NCBI RefSeq assembly: GCF_006345805.1 | Contig: NC_042999.1 | Span: 13,764,001-13,828,000 of the forward strand | Direction: 5' to 3' | DNA from: Octopus sinensis | Lineage: Eukaryota | Length of the DNA stretch: 64,000 nt | Shown: positions 1-12,453 of the stretch, piece by piece | How the letters are laid out: every line of letters begins with the position of its first letter | Position numbering within the stretch: position 1 is the stretch's first letter | Program-made: the position numbers and the translations under genes | Notes under the pieces: generated by a model | Database searches by the model: none | What the model was told of the DNA's origin: nothing | The model's input: the letters and a program-made list of their open reading frames with translations, nothing else

Positions 1-512
1 TAATTGTGATCAACTTAACATAAAATTCTGTTATTTACCTTGAGAGCATCTCTCATAAGGACTTGTGGTGCATAAAGGCACTCGCTTTTATATCACTGAC
101 AGATGAGAATTGTATGCTACAGCCACCAAAACTGCCGGGGTCACGTGATTTCACCCTGCTGTGGGTTCCTCAGAGACAGACATCCAGCAGTGCAATAACA
201 GCTGAATCTCCTGCCAACAACATATAGAATCTCAGTGTCTATGCAGGCACCTGTTTTTCTATTGTTCATAATCTATGTCAATTACAGGTTACTGTTCTTT
301 ATTTTATCAACCTCAGAAGGATAAAAGTAAAGTCAAACAGCATAGAATTTGAATTCAGCGCATAGGAGTGTAAGGATGATAATTCATTAAAACTTAATTA
401 TTTTTCATGTAACAAACCCATCAAGAAGCTTTTAGATTACAACAACATGAAGTTTTACATAAATAACTGTAAATTATTTCTGTAAATTATTCCTGTATTT
501 AGTTAGCAATAT

Positions 513-770
513 CATCATCATGCCGGTGGCACGTAAAAAGCACCATCCGATCGTGGCCATTGCCAGCCTCCACTGGTTCCTGTGCCGGTGGCACGAAAAA
601 AGCACCCACTACACTCACGGAGTGGTTGGTATTAGGAAGGGCATCCAGCTGTAGAAACACTGCCAGATCAGACTGGAGCCTGGCGAAGCCTCCTGGCTTC
701 CCAGACCTCAGTCGTACTGTCCAACCCATGCTAGCATGGAAAACAGACGTTAAACGATGATGATGATGAA
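513..770 (+). mobile_element. SINE-C ((GAT)n tail) with a 43-48-bp target duplication
   Basis: AAAAGCACCCACTACACTC...GGAAGGGCATCCAGCTGTAGAAAC...GACGTTAAACGATGATG. Confidence 0.85.
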
Positions 771-850
771 CTTTAAATTATTTCTGTAAATCATTCCTGT
801 ATTTAGTTAGCAATATGTTTGATGTAAATTCGTGTGTTGAAACAAATACT

Positions 851-1241
851 ATGTCTAGGGAGGGTCACTATGCTAATAAAAATGAAAAACACATGCACTG
901 GTTCAGTACCACTTCTTTATTTAACCAACAAATTATCCAATGGTTTGTTTAATATATTGACTGAACAATGAATCAGTTGTTAGTTTTCTAACAACTTATT
1001 GATTGTCAGAGTCCTTTTGTTGCTATTCACAAACTTGAAGAGTGAGGATATGTCATTGATGAGGTTGTGAATAACGGCAAAAGGACTGACAGAGAAAACC
1101 AAAAACCGATTGATTAATACAATCAACACATTAAACAAACCATTGGATAATTAGTTGGTAAAATAAAGAAGTGGGATTGAACCTGTGTGTGTGTGAGTTT
1201 ATTTACTTTTTTATTGGCATAACGACCCTCCCTAAACACAA
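851..1241. mobile_element. Diverged fold-back/MITE-like element
   Basis: About 180-bp imperfect inverted arms (851-1032 / 1065-1241), e.g. CCACTTCTTTATTTAACCAAC versus GTTGGTAAAATAAAGAAGTGG. Confidence 0.6.
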
Positions 1242-1458
1242 GATGTAAATTTAACACTTTTGGTGCAATATTTCTTTTGAAATACACTATTTTTGTTTCA
1301 GTTGATCTTGAAAACAATGAATTTATCAAAATAACCTGGTTGTTATTAAGTTACATTCATACTCCACAAACATCAATATACAACCACAATAGAAGAAACA
1401 CACATTCAACAAACCTAGAACTACTTGGTTTGGAAACAAACCGCTGAAGCCCGAAACC

Positions 1459-1715
1459 ATCATCATCATCGTTTAACGTCTGTTTTCCATGCTAGCATGG
1501 GTTGAACAGTTCAACTGGAGTCTGGGAAGCCAGGAGGCTACACCAGGCTCCAGTCTGATCTGGCAGTGTTTCTACAGCTGGATGCCCTTCCTAACACCAA
1601 CCACTCCATAAGTGTAGTGGGTGCTTTTTATGTGCCACCAGCACAGGGGCTAGATGAGGCTGGCAATGGCCACAATCGGTTGGTGCTTTTTATGTGCCAC
1701 CGGCACGGAAGCCAT
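1459..1715 (-). mobile_element. SINE-C
   Basis: Same consensus, reverse strand. Confidence 0.85.
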
Positions 1716-2599
1716 TTACCAAGATGTGTACCAAACATTGGAGCCTGCACTTTTATTTTTAACCAATATTTCAAATGTAACAATAACTGTAGAAATCTTA
1801 CGTTTTCTAAAAGAATTTCAAAATTCTAGTTACCTTTTCTTTTCAAATTAACAAAACAATGTCCACACGACATGAAAGTAATTAAAAAGAGCTATATTTC
1901 ATTCGTGAAAAAACTACTTTTTTCCTTATGTATATTTTAAATTTTTGTTTCAAATGTTTTAAAAATAAAAAAAAAACAACATAAGTTTGCTAATATTTAA
2001 ATTCAAACACATGATAATGTATCAAAGAGAATATTTTTAATTTTAATTTATTCTTTATGTATTTTTAAAAATTTGTTTCATACATGATAATAGTTTCATA
2101 TGATAATATCTAAAGAATAAATTTTAGTGACTTTCACACTGAAATATTAATTTTCTCCATTGTTTAATCTAAATAACATTTTTCAATTTCCTTTAGCAAG
2201 CTTGTGTTAATTATTTAAAAAAAGACTTAAAGTGTAATTTTCAAGCATTCATTTTATTTTTTAGAAATAGCAGAAAATGGTGTATATATAATGTCTGCTA
2301 TTAGAATCACATATAAAATATAGAAATCAAGTAGGAGTATCTCACAGTCTGGGAAATTATTTAAACTGCAGAATCATTCTCTTAAGTTCACAGGTTCAAA
2401 GAGCTACTATTGAAGTGGATAATAAACAAATGATCATTTGGACAGAACGCCACTCTATTACATCAGCCAATAAGGAAGCCTCAGCATAGTCATTTGCTAT
2501 GCTAGACAGAACAGTCAAATCTCTTTCAAATCACACAACCATTTTCAAGAAAAGACAGACACATCAAAGGTTCACTTGATCGGGGTTGACTGAGCTTAA

Positions 2600-2820
2600 C
2601 CCTTTCATTACCATCCCGGCTGAAACCAGCTCTGGCACTGAGTATAAATGTCTTGTTTTCATAAGTTTTGAATTAAAATCTTCCACCAAACCTTAGTCAA
2701 CAATTTATGTTCCTAACACTAGCTTAATGATAACTAAGTTATTTTACTAAATTCTTTGTTACATTTAAAGTAATTGAAAGAAACACAAAACATCTCAAAA
2801 TAAATACAGTAACGAAAGGG
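2600..2820. mobile_element. piggyBac-like MITE
   Basis: TTAA|CCCTTTCATTAC ... GTAACGAAAGGG|TTAA. Confidence 0.8.
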
Positions 2821-3019
2821 TTAAACAACAACAACAACTAGTATATTGTCTGTAGCTTTCACATATGTGTCCCTACTTATTCCTGGGCACATGGGTGAAC
2901 TGTGGCATTATTTTAAATGTACATGAGTAGTTTTCAGATATGTAATAAAATGTCTCTAAAATGATGTTGAAAATTCAGGTGTGCAATAAATTTCTAGAAA
3001 TGTCTTTTTGTAAAGAACC

Positions 3020-3365
3020 TTGGGCAAGCATATTCTACTACAACTTCAAGCCAACCAAAGCCTTGTGAGTGGAAGAGTGGATTTGGTAGGCAAAAACTGA
3101 AAGAAGCCCATCATATACATGTATGTGTGTGTGTGTGTGCGTATTTATGTGTGTGTCTTTGTGTCTAAGTTTGTCACCCACCATCGCTTGACAACTGATG
3201 TTGGTGTCTTTACATCCCCATAACTTAGTGGTTTGGCAAAAGAGATTCATAGAATAAGTACTACGCTTATAAAGAATAAGTCTTGGGGTTGATTTCTTAA
3301 ACTAAAACCCTTTAAGGCAGTGCTCCAGCATGGACACAGTGAAATAACAAACAAGTAAAAGAATA
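3020..3365 (+). mobile_element. SINE-B (tRNA head, CORE-like domain; resembles the octopus OR families), 5'-truncated
   Basis: CCTTGGGCAAG...CCAAAGCCTTGTGAGTGG...AGAATAAGTACTA...GCTCCAGCATGG. Confidence 0.75.
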
Positions 3366-3451
3366 AAAGAATATATATATATATATATTTATACCAAATG
3401 TTTGCCACTGAGGAACCCAAAACAGGGTGAAATCATGCAACCTGGCAGTTC

Positions 3452-3570
<119 letters not shown>

Positions 3571-3816
3571 GGTGCGACTGTGTTTGTGCGGCAAGAGGCT
3601 TACTTCCCAACCACATAATTCCAGGTTCAGACCCACTGCATATAGTACCACCAAAAAAAAAAAAAAGCATGTTGCATGTGGGTTGGTGTTAGGAAGGATA
3701 TCTGGCTGTAGAAACCATTACAAACTAGACAGTGGAACATGATGCAGACCTCGGCCCTGTCAGATCCTGTCAAGCCAGCCAACATGTCAGCATAGAACAT
3801 GGATGTTAAATGGGGA

Positions 3817-3853
<37 letters not shown>

Positions 3854-3884
3854 AACAAACAAACATACACAGACACACAGTGCT

Positions 3885-4060
3885 GGTGCTATGTGAAAAG
3901 TACCAAGTCCACTCTGTAAAGTGGTTGGTATTAGGAAGGGCATCCAGCTGTAAAAACCATGCCAGAACGGTGGGGTTGATGCAGTTCTCCAGCTTGTCAC
4001 CTCCTGTCAAACTGGCCTACCAATGCCAGCATGGAAAATGGACATTAAATGATGATGGTC
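3885..4060 (+). mobile_element. SINE-C, diverged
   Basis: GGTTGGTATTAGGAAGGGCATCCAGCTGT ... ATGATGATG. Confidence 0.7.
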
Positions 4061-4144
4061 AAATACATATACACACACATATATATATATATAACGTAAT
4101 ACATAAATGCAAGTGATGGTGAACACAAAAAGTAATCAGTACAG

Positions 4145-4525
4145 GAATGCGTGTGCGGTAAGTAGCTTGCTTACCAACCACATGGTTCCGGGTTCAGTCC
4201 CATTGCATGGCACCTTGGGCAAGTGTTTTCTACTATAGCCTCAGGGCGACCAAAGCATTGTGAGTGGATTTGGTAGACGGAAACTGAAAGAAGCCCATTG
4301 TATATATATATGTGTGTGCATAAGTTCATGTGTCTGTGTTTGCCCCCCAACATCGCTTGACAACCGATGCTGGTGTGTTTACGTCCACGTAACTTAGCAG
4401 TTTGGCAAAAGAGACCGATAGAATAAGTACTAGGCTTCCAAAGAATAAGTCCTGGGGTCGATTTGCTCGACTAAAGGTGGTGCTCCAGCATGGCCACAGT
4501 CAAATGACCGAAATGAGCAAATGAG
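4145..4525 (+). mobile_element. SINE-B, full length
   Basis: GGTAAGTAGCTTGCTTACCAACCACATGGTTCCGGGTTCAGTCCC head through the 3' consensus. Confidence 0.9.
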
Positions 4526-5281
4526 AGTAATGAGTAATACTAGAGGGTAAAGTATATAAAATTCTTCATTAATTAAATATCGGTTAGTCCCCATATAACT
4601 GGTGGGGTAGGGGCAATATACTCATGGTACCACCAAGAGAGCCAAGATTTTGGATGGGGTAACAACAAGAATTTGAATAAAGAACTACAGTCATAACACG
4701 CACGCACGTACACACGTACACACACTAAGTTGCTCAGTATTTCATTATTTACATCATCTGGTTTCCTTCCCTTAAAACTATGTCAAGTTGTCTGACATTT
4801 AGTTATATCATGCTACAAAGATCATTTCCCGTTTATCTCAACACTACAACTTCAGTCACACTGCAACTAAAATCTTTTTATGAATGACCAGTCATTTTCT
4901 AGCCATTAACTTATTCTTCTTCTTATTATTATAATTATTATTAGAAGTTTTGGGTGTTTTTCACCCTCCCCCTTCAAAACCATAAGAGTATTTATTATCA
5001 CTTGGTTGAAACTTTGAAAAACGTTTTACATAAAGAATAAGTCCTTCATTCTTCTTATTATTATGATTATTATTATTATTATTATTATTAATTTCTTCAT
5101 TTTTACACAGTGATGACCTTGTTAACACTGGCTCATTTAAATGACTCCCTGTCAAGTTATGTATCTCCAGATAGACAGTACTTTCCTCAGTTCTTTCCAC
5201 AGGGGTTAAGACAATTACATCGGCTTAACCCCTTCCCTGCAAATTTCAGGCCTTGTGCCTTTAGTAGAAAGGATTATTAAA

Positions 5282-5500
5282 GGCAGGGAGCTGGCAGAAT
5301 CGTTAGCACACCAGGTGAAATGCTTAGCGGTGTTTCGCCCATCACTACATTCTGAGTTCGAATTCCACCAAGGTCGACTTTGCCTTATCCTTTTAGGGTC
5401 AGTAAATTAAGTACCACTGAAACACTGGGGTCGATGTAATTAACTAGTCTCCTCCCCCCCAAATTTCAGGCATTGTGCCTATAGTAGAAAGTATTATTAT
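5282..5500 (+). mobile_element. SINE-A (tRNA-like head; central GTCGACTTTGCCTTTCATCCTTTCGGGGTCGATAAA domain resembling Meta/MESC)
   Basis: GAGCTGGCAGAATCGTTAGCAC...GAGTTCGAATTCC head. Confidence 0.85.
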
Positions 5501-5511
5501 TATTACTATTT

Positions 5512-5908
5512 TTTCCTCTTTCTTCAAATTTTCTTCCTTTTCTCGCTGAGTGTTTTCGGTACACCTAGGGCAGAGAAGCTCATTGTATGCATTCCCAGAT
5601 TACACACACAAATTCACAGATAAAATATGTATTTAAAAATTAATAAATAAATAAATTCTTGAATAGATGTTGTTTTCGCACTGATAATGTTCTTCTCAGT
5701 ATATGAGCCGTTCCACTTAACACGACTTTTGCACTTCCTTTAGGGATGGTAAGCCTGGTATCATTTTCAAATAGGTTTCAGGACCTTTTTTTATCATTCC
5801 TAGAGCTCCTACAATCATTGGTACCGTAGCCGCCTTGAGATGCCACATTTTTTCAATTTCTATTAGCAAGTCTTTATATTTACTGATCTTGTCAAATTCT
5901 TTGGCCGC
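5512..5908 (-). mobile_element. R4/Dong-like 3' fragment (third subfamily)
   Basis: Minus: AAKEFDKISKYKDLLIEIEKMWHLKAATVPMIVGALG; (TAA)n on both sides. Confidence 0.8.
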
Positions 5909-5941
<33 letters not shown>

Positions 5942-6099
5942 TGTCTTCATTTGCACAGTGATGATCATGTTAACACTGGCTCATTTAAATGACTCCCTGT
6001 CAAGTTATGTATCCTCAGATAGACAGTGCTTTCCACAGGGTTTAAGTCGATGCAGTCAATTTAACCCCTTCCATGCCCCAAATTTCAGACCTTGTGCCA

Positions 6100-6429
6100 A
6101 CTGCCTTGCGTGCCGGTGGCACGTAAAAGGCACCATTCGAACGTGATCATTACCAGCATCACCTTACTGGCACCTGTGCCGGTGGCATGTGTAAAAAGAT
6201 TCAAGCGAGGTTGTTGCCAGTACCACCTGACTGGCCCCCGTGCCGGTGGCACATAAAAAGCACCCACTATACTCTCAGAGTGGTTGGCATTAGGAAGGGC
6301 ATCCAACTGTAGAAACTCTGCCAGATCAAGATTGGAGCCTGGTGCGGCCGTCTGGTTCGCCAGCCCTCAGTCAAAATCGTCCAACCCATGCCAGCATGGA
6401 AAGCAGACGTTAAACGATGATGATGATGA

Positions 6430-6430
<1 letters not shown>
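6100..6430 (+). mobile_element. SINE-C
   Basis: Consensus match with (GAT)n tail. Confidence 0.85.
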
Positions 6431-6460
<30 letters not shown>

Positions 6461-7180
6461 TTGGCAGAATTCTTTGAGTATTGGAGAAAGTACTTAATAT
6501 ACTTAAAACTATTCAACCAGGAATCTTAACATTTTGAATACAAAACCTGCAAGTGGAAGCTTTGCTTTTATCTTTCTAAATCAATAAAATAAAGTATAAC
6601 TCAGATACTGGGGCCAATGGTATCAACCAACCATTCCCCTTAAATCAGATACCATTATAATTATTCTTCTGGTTCATGGTTTTCTTCTTTTTTATATTTT
6701 CTCGCTGTTTTATGTCTAATTTTTAATGTTAAAGATGAAAAGATTTCGTTCATTTGGTCAATAACATCTTGTAGCAGTGACTCGAATAAATTTTCTTTTC
6801 ATTTTATAGTTGAATGTCAATACTTCCATTAACGATGTATTTATGAAATTAAAATATTAAGTAGGTTTCTCAGACAAAGAGACGTACAGACAGACAAGAA
6901 AGCAAGTAGAGTTGTGAACCTTGCCCGTTGGTGTTAGAACAACAAAAATAACTGAAGTGGAAGTAACAGTTGAAACTATGACTAAATGGTAAAAAGTCAA
7001 TAGTTCGGCACCGCCCTCCTTGTCATCATCTTTCTCTAGAAAGATCTAATTTTTTTCTCTGTACAGAAAACTGTTCAGTTTTAGACTCAAGATAATTAAG
7101 AAAAATAATTAATGAGTTCACTAATAACTGTCTAAAATTTTGGTACAAGGCCAGCAATTTAAGGTAGGAGGGTGGGTTTA

Positions 7181-7475
7181 GTTGCTACCTAGCTCAAATA
7201 CCAGGAAACCCCAAAATGGCAGAAATTCAAAAGATAGTGCTCATGGGAACTGCTCATATCCTACATAAAATACTATGTTATCTCAAGTTTTAAAACAAAC
7301 ACAATTTTCTTATGGTTTCTTAAACATTCTCTAGAACAATACTATGTGCAAAACCAAATATATGGCACCCTAGGCATAACACCAACATGAACTTCTAACA
7401 TGTTGTCTCTTGAGGTCTCTGGGTGAGACTTGGAGCCAATTTGTACAAATGTAAAGCAAAAGTCAAACATAAAAT
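7181..7475 (+). mobile_element. R4/Dong-like extreme 3' end (same subfamily as the 56901 copy)
   Basis: CCAAAATGGCAGAAATTCAAAAGATAGT...GGAACTGCTCATATCCTA matches 57507-57561; followed by (TAA)n. Confidence 0.8.
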
Positions 7476-7509
7476 GATAATAATAATAATAATAATAATA
7501 ATAATAGTG

Positions 7510-7948
7510 GTTTCAGATTTTGCCACAGGGGCAGCAGTTTTGGGGGATGGAATGAGTTGATTACATCAACCCCAATCTTCAACTGGTACTTAATTTATCA
7601 ACCTTGAAAGAATAAAACGCTAAGTTGAACTCGGTAGAATTTGAATTCAGAATGTAAAAGCAGACGAAATACTGCAAAGCATTTCACCTGGCATGCTAAT
7701 GATTCTTCCAGCTCACCTCCTTAATAATGATGATAATAATTCTTTCTACTGGAAGCACAAGGCCTCAAATTTGGGGGAAGACATTAAGTCAATTACAACG
7801 ACCCCAGTGCATAACTGATACTTAATCAACCTTGAAAGGATGAAAGGCAAAGTTGACCTCGGAGGAATTTGAACTCAGAACGTAAGGATGGACGAAATGC
7901 CATTAAGCATTTTGTCCAGCGTGCTAACAATTCTGCCAGTTTGCTGCC

Positions 7949-7950
<2 letters not shown>
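7510..7950 (-). mobile_element. Two SINE-A copies
   Basis: Consensus match at 7510-7720 and 7735-7950. Confidence 0.8.
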
Positions 7951-7994
<44 letters not shown>

Positions 7995-8000
7995 TACTAC

Positions 8001-8560
8001 AAAATGAAATCCCATGATAAGCAGTACAGGCACCATCCGGAGGATGTAGTAAATGGCGAGGGTGTCACTATCCTTTTGAACTTCCCAATACAAACAGACA
8101 GAAAAATTGTCTCTAATTGACCAGACATTGTGATCAAGGACTACAACAGAGGAACTTGTCTGTTAATAGATATGTCTGTCCCACAAGATCAAAATGTCTC
8201 AAGAAAGGAATACATAAGGCTTTCTCATTATAAAGATCTGCAAATTGAAATCATAAAAATATGGCAGCTAAGTACTACGATAATACCAGTAGTAATTGGT
8301 GCGTTGGGAATGATAAAGAAGTGAGCTGAGAAGTATATTAAGCAACCCCCTTGTAACTCCAATCTCTGTGAACTACAAGAGATAGCCTTGATGGGTACAG
8401 CCCATATACTATGGAAAGCACTCTCCATTTAAAATGGAATAAACGCAGTGATAATTTTAACATGCATGGCAAAACAAAAGTGCTCTTGCTATTCTTGGTC
8501 TCCAGAGGATGCCCGGTACTAAGGCAGCTGAAATAAAGTTATTATGAAAAGAAACCATAA
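8001..8560 (+). mobile_element. R4/Dong-like endonuclease 3' fragment (different subfamily)
   Basis: PDIVIKDYNRGTCLLIDMSVPQD...KYKDL-like...IIPVVIGALG; embedded in (TAA)n. Confidence 0.8.
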
Positions 8561-8564
8561 ATAA

Positions 8565-8632
8565 TGATAATAATAACAACAATAATAATAATAATAATAA
8601 TAATGATAATAATAATAATAATAATAATAATG

Positions 8633-8668
<36 letters not shown>
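8565..8668. repeat. (AAT)n microsatellite
   Basis: Direct reading. Confidence 0.98.
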
Positions 8669-9100
8669 GTTTCAAATTTTTCACAAGGCAAGCAGTTTTT
8701 GAAGTGGGGAGGGTGAAGTCAATCACTTCAATCCCCAGTTCTTGACCGGTACTTATTTAATCAACCCTGAAACAGAGTGTTTGGGGTAAATTTAATAATT
8801 GTTTGCTCCCTCTTTCCTAGAATAGCTTGATATACTTGTGAACGGTCAACAGGATTAGAGAGCATAATGACTAAAGCTGTAGTCAAGAAAATGTTAGCTA
8901 ACATGGAAGCCTGGAAGCCATCTGAATATTAGGAAAAAAGCTACCTTTGTCGTGATGCTTCATGCCAGGTATCAAAATGAGGACACCATGACACCATGCT
9001 TAATGCTTTGTGAACACTGTAAAAGCTGGAAGATATGAGATGGACGGCTAGCTACAAAAGACTATGATGCAGGAAAGTTCTGACTGTATCTGCATGCCAG

Positions 9101-9497
9101 CGAGCTGGCAGAATCGTTAGCACGCCGGGCGAAATGCTTAGCTATGTTCTGAGTTCAAATTCCGCCGAGGTCGACTTTGCCTTTCATCCTTTCAGGGTCG
9201 ATAAATTAAGTACCAGTTACACTCTGGGGTCGATATAATCAACTTAATCCGTGTGTCTGTCCTTGTTTGTCCCCTTTGTGTTTAGCCCCTTGTGGGTAGT
9301 AAAGAAATAGGTATTTCATCTGCCGTTACGTTCTGAGTTCAAATTCCGCTGAGGTCGACTTTGCCTTTCATCCTTTCAGGGTCGATAAATTAAGTACCAG
9401 TTACGCACTGGGGTCGATATAATTGACTTAATCCGTGTGTCTGTCCTTGTTTGTCCCCTCTGTGTTTAGCCCCTTGTGGGTAGTAAAGAAATAGGTA
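9101..9497 (+). mobile_element. SINE-A dimer with a 15-bp TSD
   Basis: 184-bp internal repeat; GTATCTGCATGCCAG flanks. Confidence 0.9.
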
Positions 9498-9556
9498 TCT
9501 GCATGCCAGAATTCATGCCACACTTTGAACAGAGCCTTAGACTTGATTCACACAGT

Positions 9557-9938
9557 TATGTGAAGCTGCTGGAGACTGTGGTTAAACCCTGGCAGGAGAG
9601 AGTTGCTGCTAGAAGGCCATATGTGTGACCGTAGGATTCCTCTCCCTGAAATACCTCTAGAAAGAGTCAGAAGTGGTTGTCAGAGAATTTCTACAACTTC
9701 ACCAGCCCCATCTTCTGGCCCCCTAATTCCCCTGATTGTAATCCTATAGATTGTAATCCTATGTGTAGGGTGTAATTGAGAAAGATATCATCTGCTTTGC
9801 CTGCAACAGCAATGCTGAGCTGGTGGCCAAGATCAAGGTGTTCAGGGACCTTCTCAGGGACACAGTGAAGAATGTATATGACAAGTCCAGAGCCTTCTTG
9901 AGGCCCTGGTGAAAGCTGAGGGAAGCTACTCTGAGTAA
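9557..9938 (+). pseudogene. Tc1/mariner DDD/E transposase C-terminal pseudo-fragment
   Basis: YVKLLETVVKPW...PYV*P*DSSP*NTSRKSQKWLSENF...FWPPNSPDCNPID...KAEGSYSE*. Confidence 0.85.
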
Positions 9939-10400
9939 ACCGCTATCTCCAAGCCATAATCTACTTGATATTTTTTTATTTAAAAATAATTTTATCTGGA
10001 TAAACTGTCAAGTTTAGCCTGAACACTGTGTGTGTGTGGGGGGGTACATTTCTCTAGACATCACATGATGGTTGCAAATGAGCATCCTTGTAATACAAAA
10101 GAAGTTGTTCTTTTCCGGTCTTCTGTAACAATGTCTCGCCATGGAAAAAATATTACATTACTTGAAAACAGGTGAGGGTTGGCAACAGGAAGGGCATTCA
10201 GCCAAAGAAAATTTGCTTCAACAAATTCCATCTGACTCCAGTAAGCATGGAAAAATAGACATTAAACAATGCTGATGTCTAGAACTTGGACCAAATGATA
10301 TAAGAGAGCAAAGTATATGTTAAAACCTGGGGAAAAAAATACAAAGAGGATTTGGGAAATTTTACATAAATTCATTTATAGAATCAAGGCGGGTATATAC

Positions 10401-10562
10401 CTTTTCATCTTTTACATCAAAGGGCTCATCTTTTCCACTGAACTTGTTGACTGTCTGTGCAACTCCGATCACTTCACCATCTCGGTCTTTAATCGGCATG
10501 CTGAGAATGCTGTGTGTCTTGTAGCCAGTTTTTTGATCAATCTCGTAATTAAAGCGAGGATC
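10401..10562 (-). CDS. Internal exon of a GAF-domain cyclic nucleotide phosphodiesterase (PDE5/PDE6/PDE11 family), C-terminal part of GAF-A
   Basis: Minus strand reads ...ttccattacttccAG|GATCCTCGC...GATGAAAAG|GTatat. It is 162 nt, 54 aa: [54 protein letters not shown], matching the DPRFN..ID..TGYKT..IL.MPI...G..IGVAQ..NK...F...DEK GAF motif. The paralog cannot be decided from one exon. Confidence 0.93.
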
Positions 10563-10984
10563 CTGGAAGTAATGGAAAGCAAGACAAATAAATAAAAGTT
10601 GCAATTCTTCAAAATCTATGTAGTTCTTCAAATTTTTTGAGAAGAAAACCAATTAAAATATGCAGTGTTACAAACATTGAAAGAATTTATAATTAAAAAA
10701 ACATTCTTAGCTAACTACAGGTCACAAAACAAACAAAATAAAGTTGAAGCCAACAAAATAGACTTGAGCCATTTATAAAATGTCACAAACAAATATAAAA
10801 TTGGTTTATTTCATGCTATCTTCTTTTCTCAGTCAGAAATTTGTCATTATTTCAATCACCAGTTACTTGCTTAAGGATGAAACTATGAACTTAATTATAG
10901 TTTTCTAGTAAAGTATTTTGATATTAACTGCATGTGTTGCTGTATAAAGTACAGCATATGATCTTCCCAAAAGTGGATAAAAGA

Positions 10985-11292
10985 TAAATGTTGCCCTTTT
11001 CAAGCCTAGCTAGGCTCATGGGCCTGGTTTTCTGGTTTCTGTGGCGTATGTATTCCTCCCCAGCTGGACGGTATGCCAGTCCTTCACAGCGTTACTCAAG
11101 AAACAGGAAGAGAGAGTGAGAGAAAGTTGTGGCGAAAGAGTACAACAGGGGTCACCACCCCGCTTGCCAGAGCCTCGTGGAGCTTTTAGGTGTTTTCACT
11201 CAATAAGCACACACAATGCCTGGTTTGGGTATCGAAACGGCGATCCTGTGACCGCGAGTCCGCTGCCCTAACCACTGGGCCATTGCGCCTCC
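10985..11292 (-). mobile_element. SINE-E with a tRNA-like head
   Basis: Minus: GGAGGCGCAATGGCCCAGTGGTTAGGGCAGCGGACTCGCGGTC...GTTTCGAT (A and B boxes). Confidence 0.8.
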
Positions 11293-11679
11293 CCTAAAAG
11301 TAGAACCCAAGAAAAATTCACTATTTTGCTGGGGTTTTTTTTTTTATTCCATTAACAATTTGGAAGGCGCTGTCCCTATAAAGTTAAATAGAAAAGGTAA
11401 GTAGACGAATTAAGTAGAAAAATGCAAAATTCACAACAACAATAAAAATCCTTTCTACTATAAGCACAAGGCCTGAAATAATTTTGGCAGAAGGAGCAAG
11501 CCAATTGCATCACCTGCAGGGATCAATTGCATCAATTAGTCCTTATAGACCTTCAGTGGAATTTGAATTCAGACAAGGACTGAGATGCCTGGCATCTTGC
11601 CACACTCAAAAATACCCATACTCTGTAGCAGAAGTATTAAGAGCAATCCTTTGGGTGGTGTAAAGCCCTCATGGTGATT

Positions 11680-11900
11680 CCACATAAAAGAGCTCAACTG
11701 GTGCCACATAAAAGCACCCATGCAGCAACATGTAAAAGCACCCAGCGACTGTAAAGTAGTTGGTACTAGGAAGGGCATTCAGGCATAGAAAGCATACCAA
11801 ATCAGATGGAGTCTGGTGCAGCTTTCCAGCTTGTCATCTATGGTCAAACCATCCAACCCATCATAACATGGACAATGGATGTTAAATGATGATGATGATG
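11680..11900 (+). mobile_element. SINE-C, diverged
   Basis: Consensus match. Confidence 0.7.
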
Positions 11901-11924
11901 AATGTAGTGAGAGAAGAATATAAG

Positions 11925-12318
11925 CACAGGCATAGCTGTAAGTAGGGAGATGTTTGCTGCCCAACTACATGTTTCTGGGTTCAGTCCCACAGCATAGTAC
12001 CTTGGGCAAGTATGTTATACTATAGCCTTGGGATAACAAAAGCCTTGTGAGTGGATATGGCAAAAGGAAACTGAAATAAGCCTGTCATGTGTGCATGTGC
12101 ACGGCCCCCACACACCACTTGACAATCAAAGTTGGTTCGTTTATGTTTCTGTAACTTAGCAGTTAAGCAAAAAGGATTGATAAAATAAGTTCCAGACTTC
12201 CCCCAAAAAAAAAGAAAGAAAAGAAGTACTAAAGTCATTTCATTTAACTAAAATTTCCTCAAGATGGTGCCCCAGCAGGCCCACATTCTAATGACTGAAG
12301 CAAGAAAAAGATAAATGC
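11925..12318 (+). mobile_element. SINE-B, diverged
   Basis: Consensus match. Confidence 0.7.
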
Positions 12319-12453
12319 CATGAAGCATTTTATCCAGCATTTTAATGATTCTGCCAACATGATGGTAATAATTCTTTTGAATTTTTGGCCAGCAGCTTTG
12401 AGGGGAGCAGACAATTTGATAACATCAACCCCAATTTTTTACTTTTATTGTAT

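Larger units (their letters stand above)
8773..10030 (+). mobile_element. Decayed Tc1/mariner DNA transposon, interrupted by a SINE-A multimer
   Basis: Diverged TIRs CAGAGTGTTTGGGGTAAATTT / AAGTTTAGCCTGAACACTGTG flank transposase remnants. Confidence 0.7.

Noticed and set aside
39-96. Possible downstream PDE exon (AG...AAG|GTAAAT on minus)
   Set aside because: All three phases contain stop codons and there is no GAF similarity.
11220-11292. tRNA gene
   Set aside because: It is the tRNA-derived head of SINE-E: it continues into SINE body and the acceptor stem is not complete. The same applies to SINE-A/B heads.
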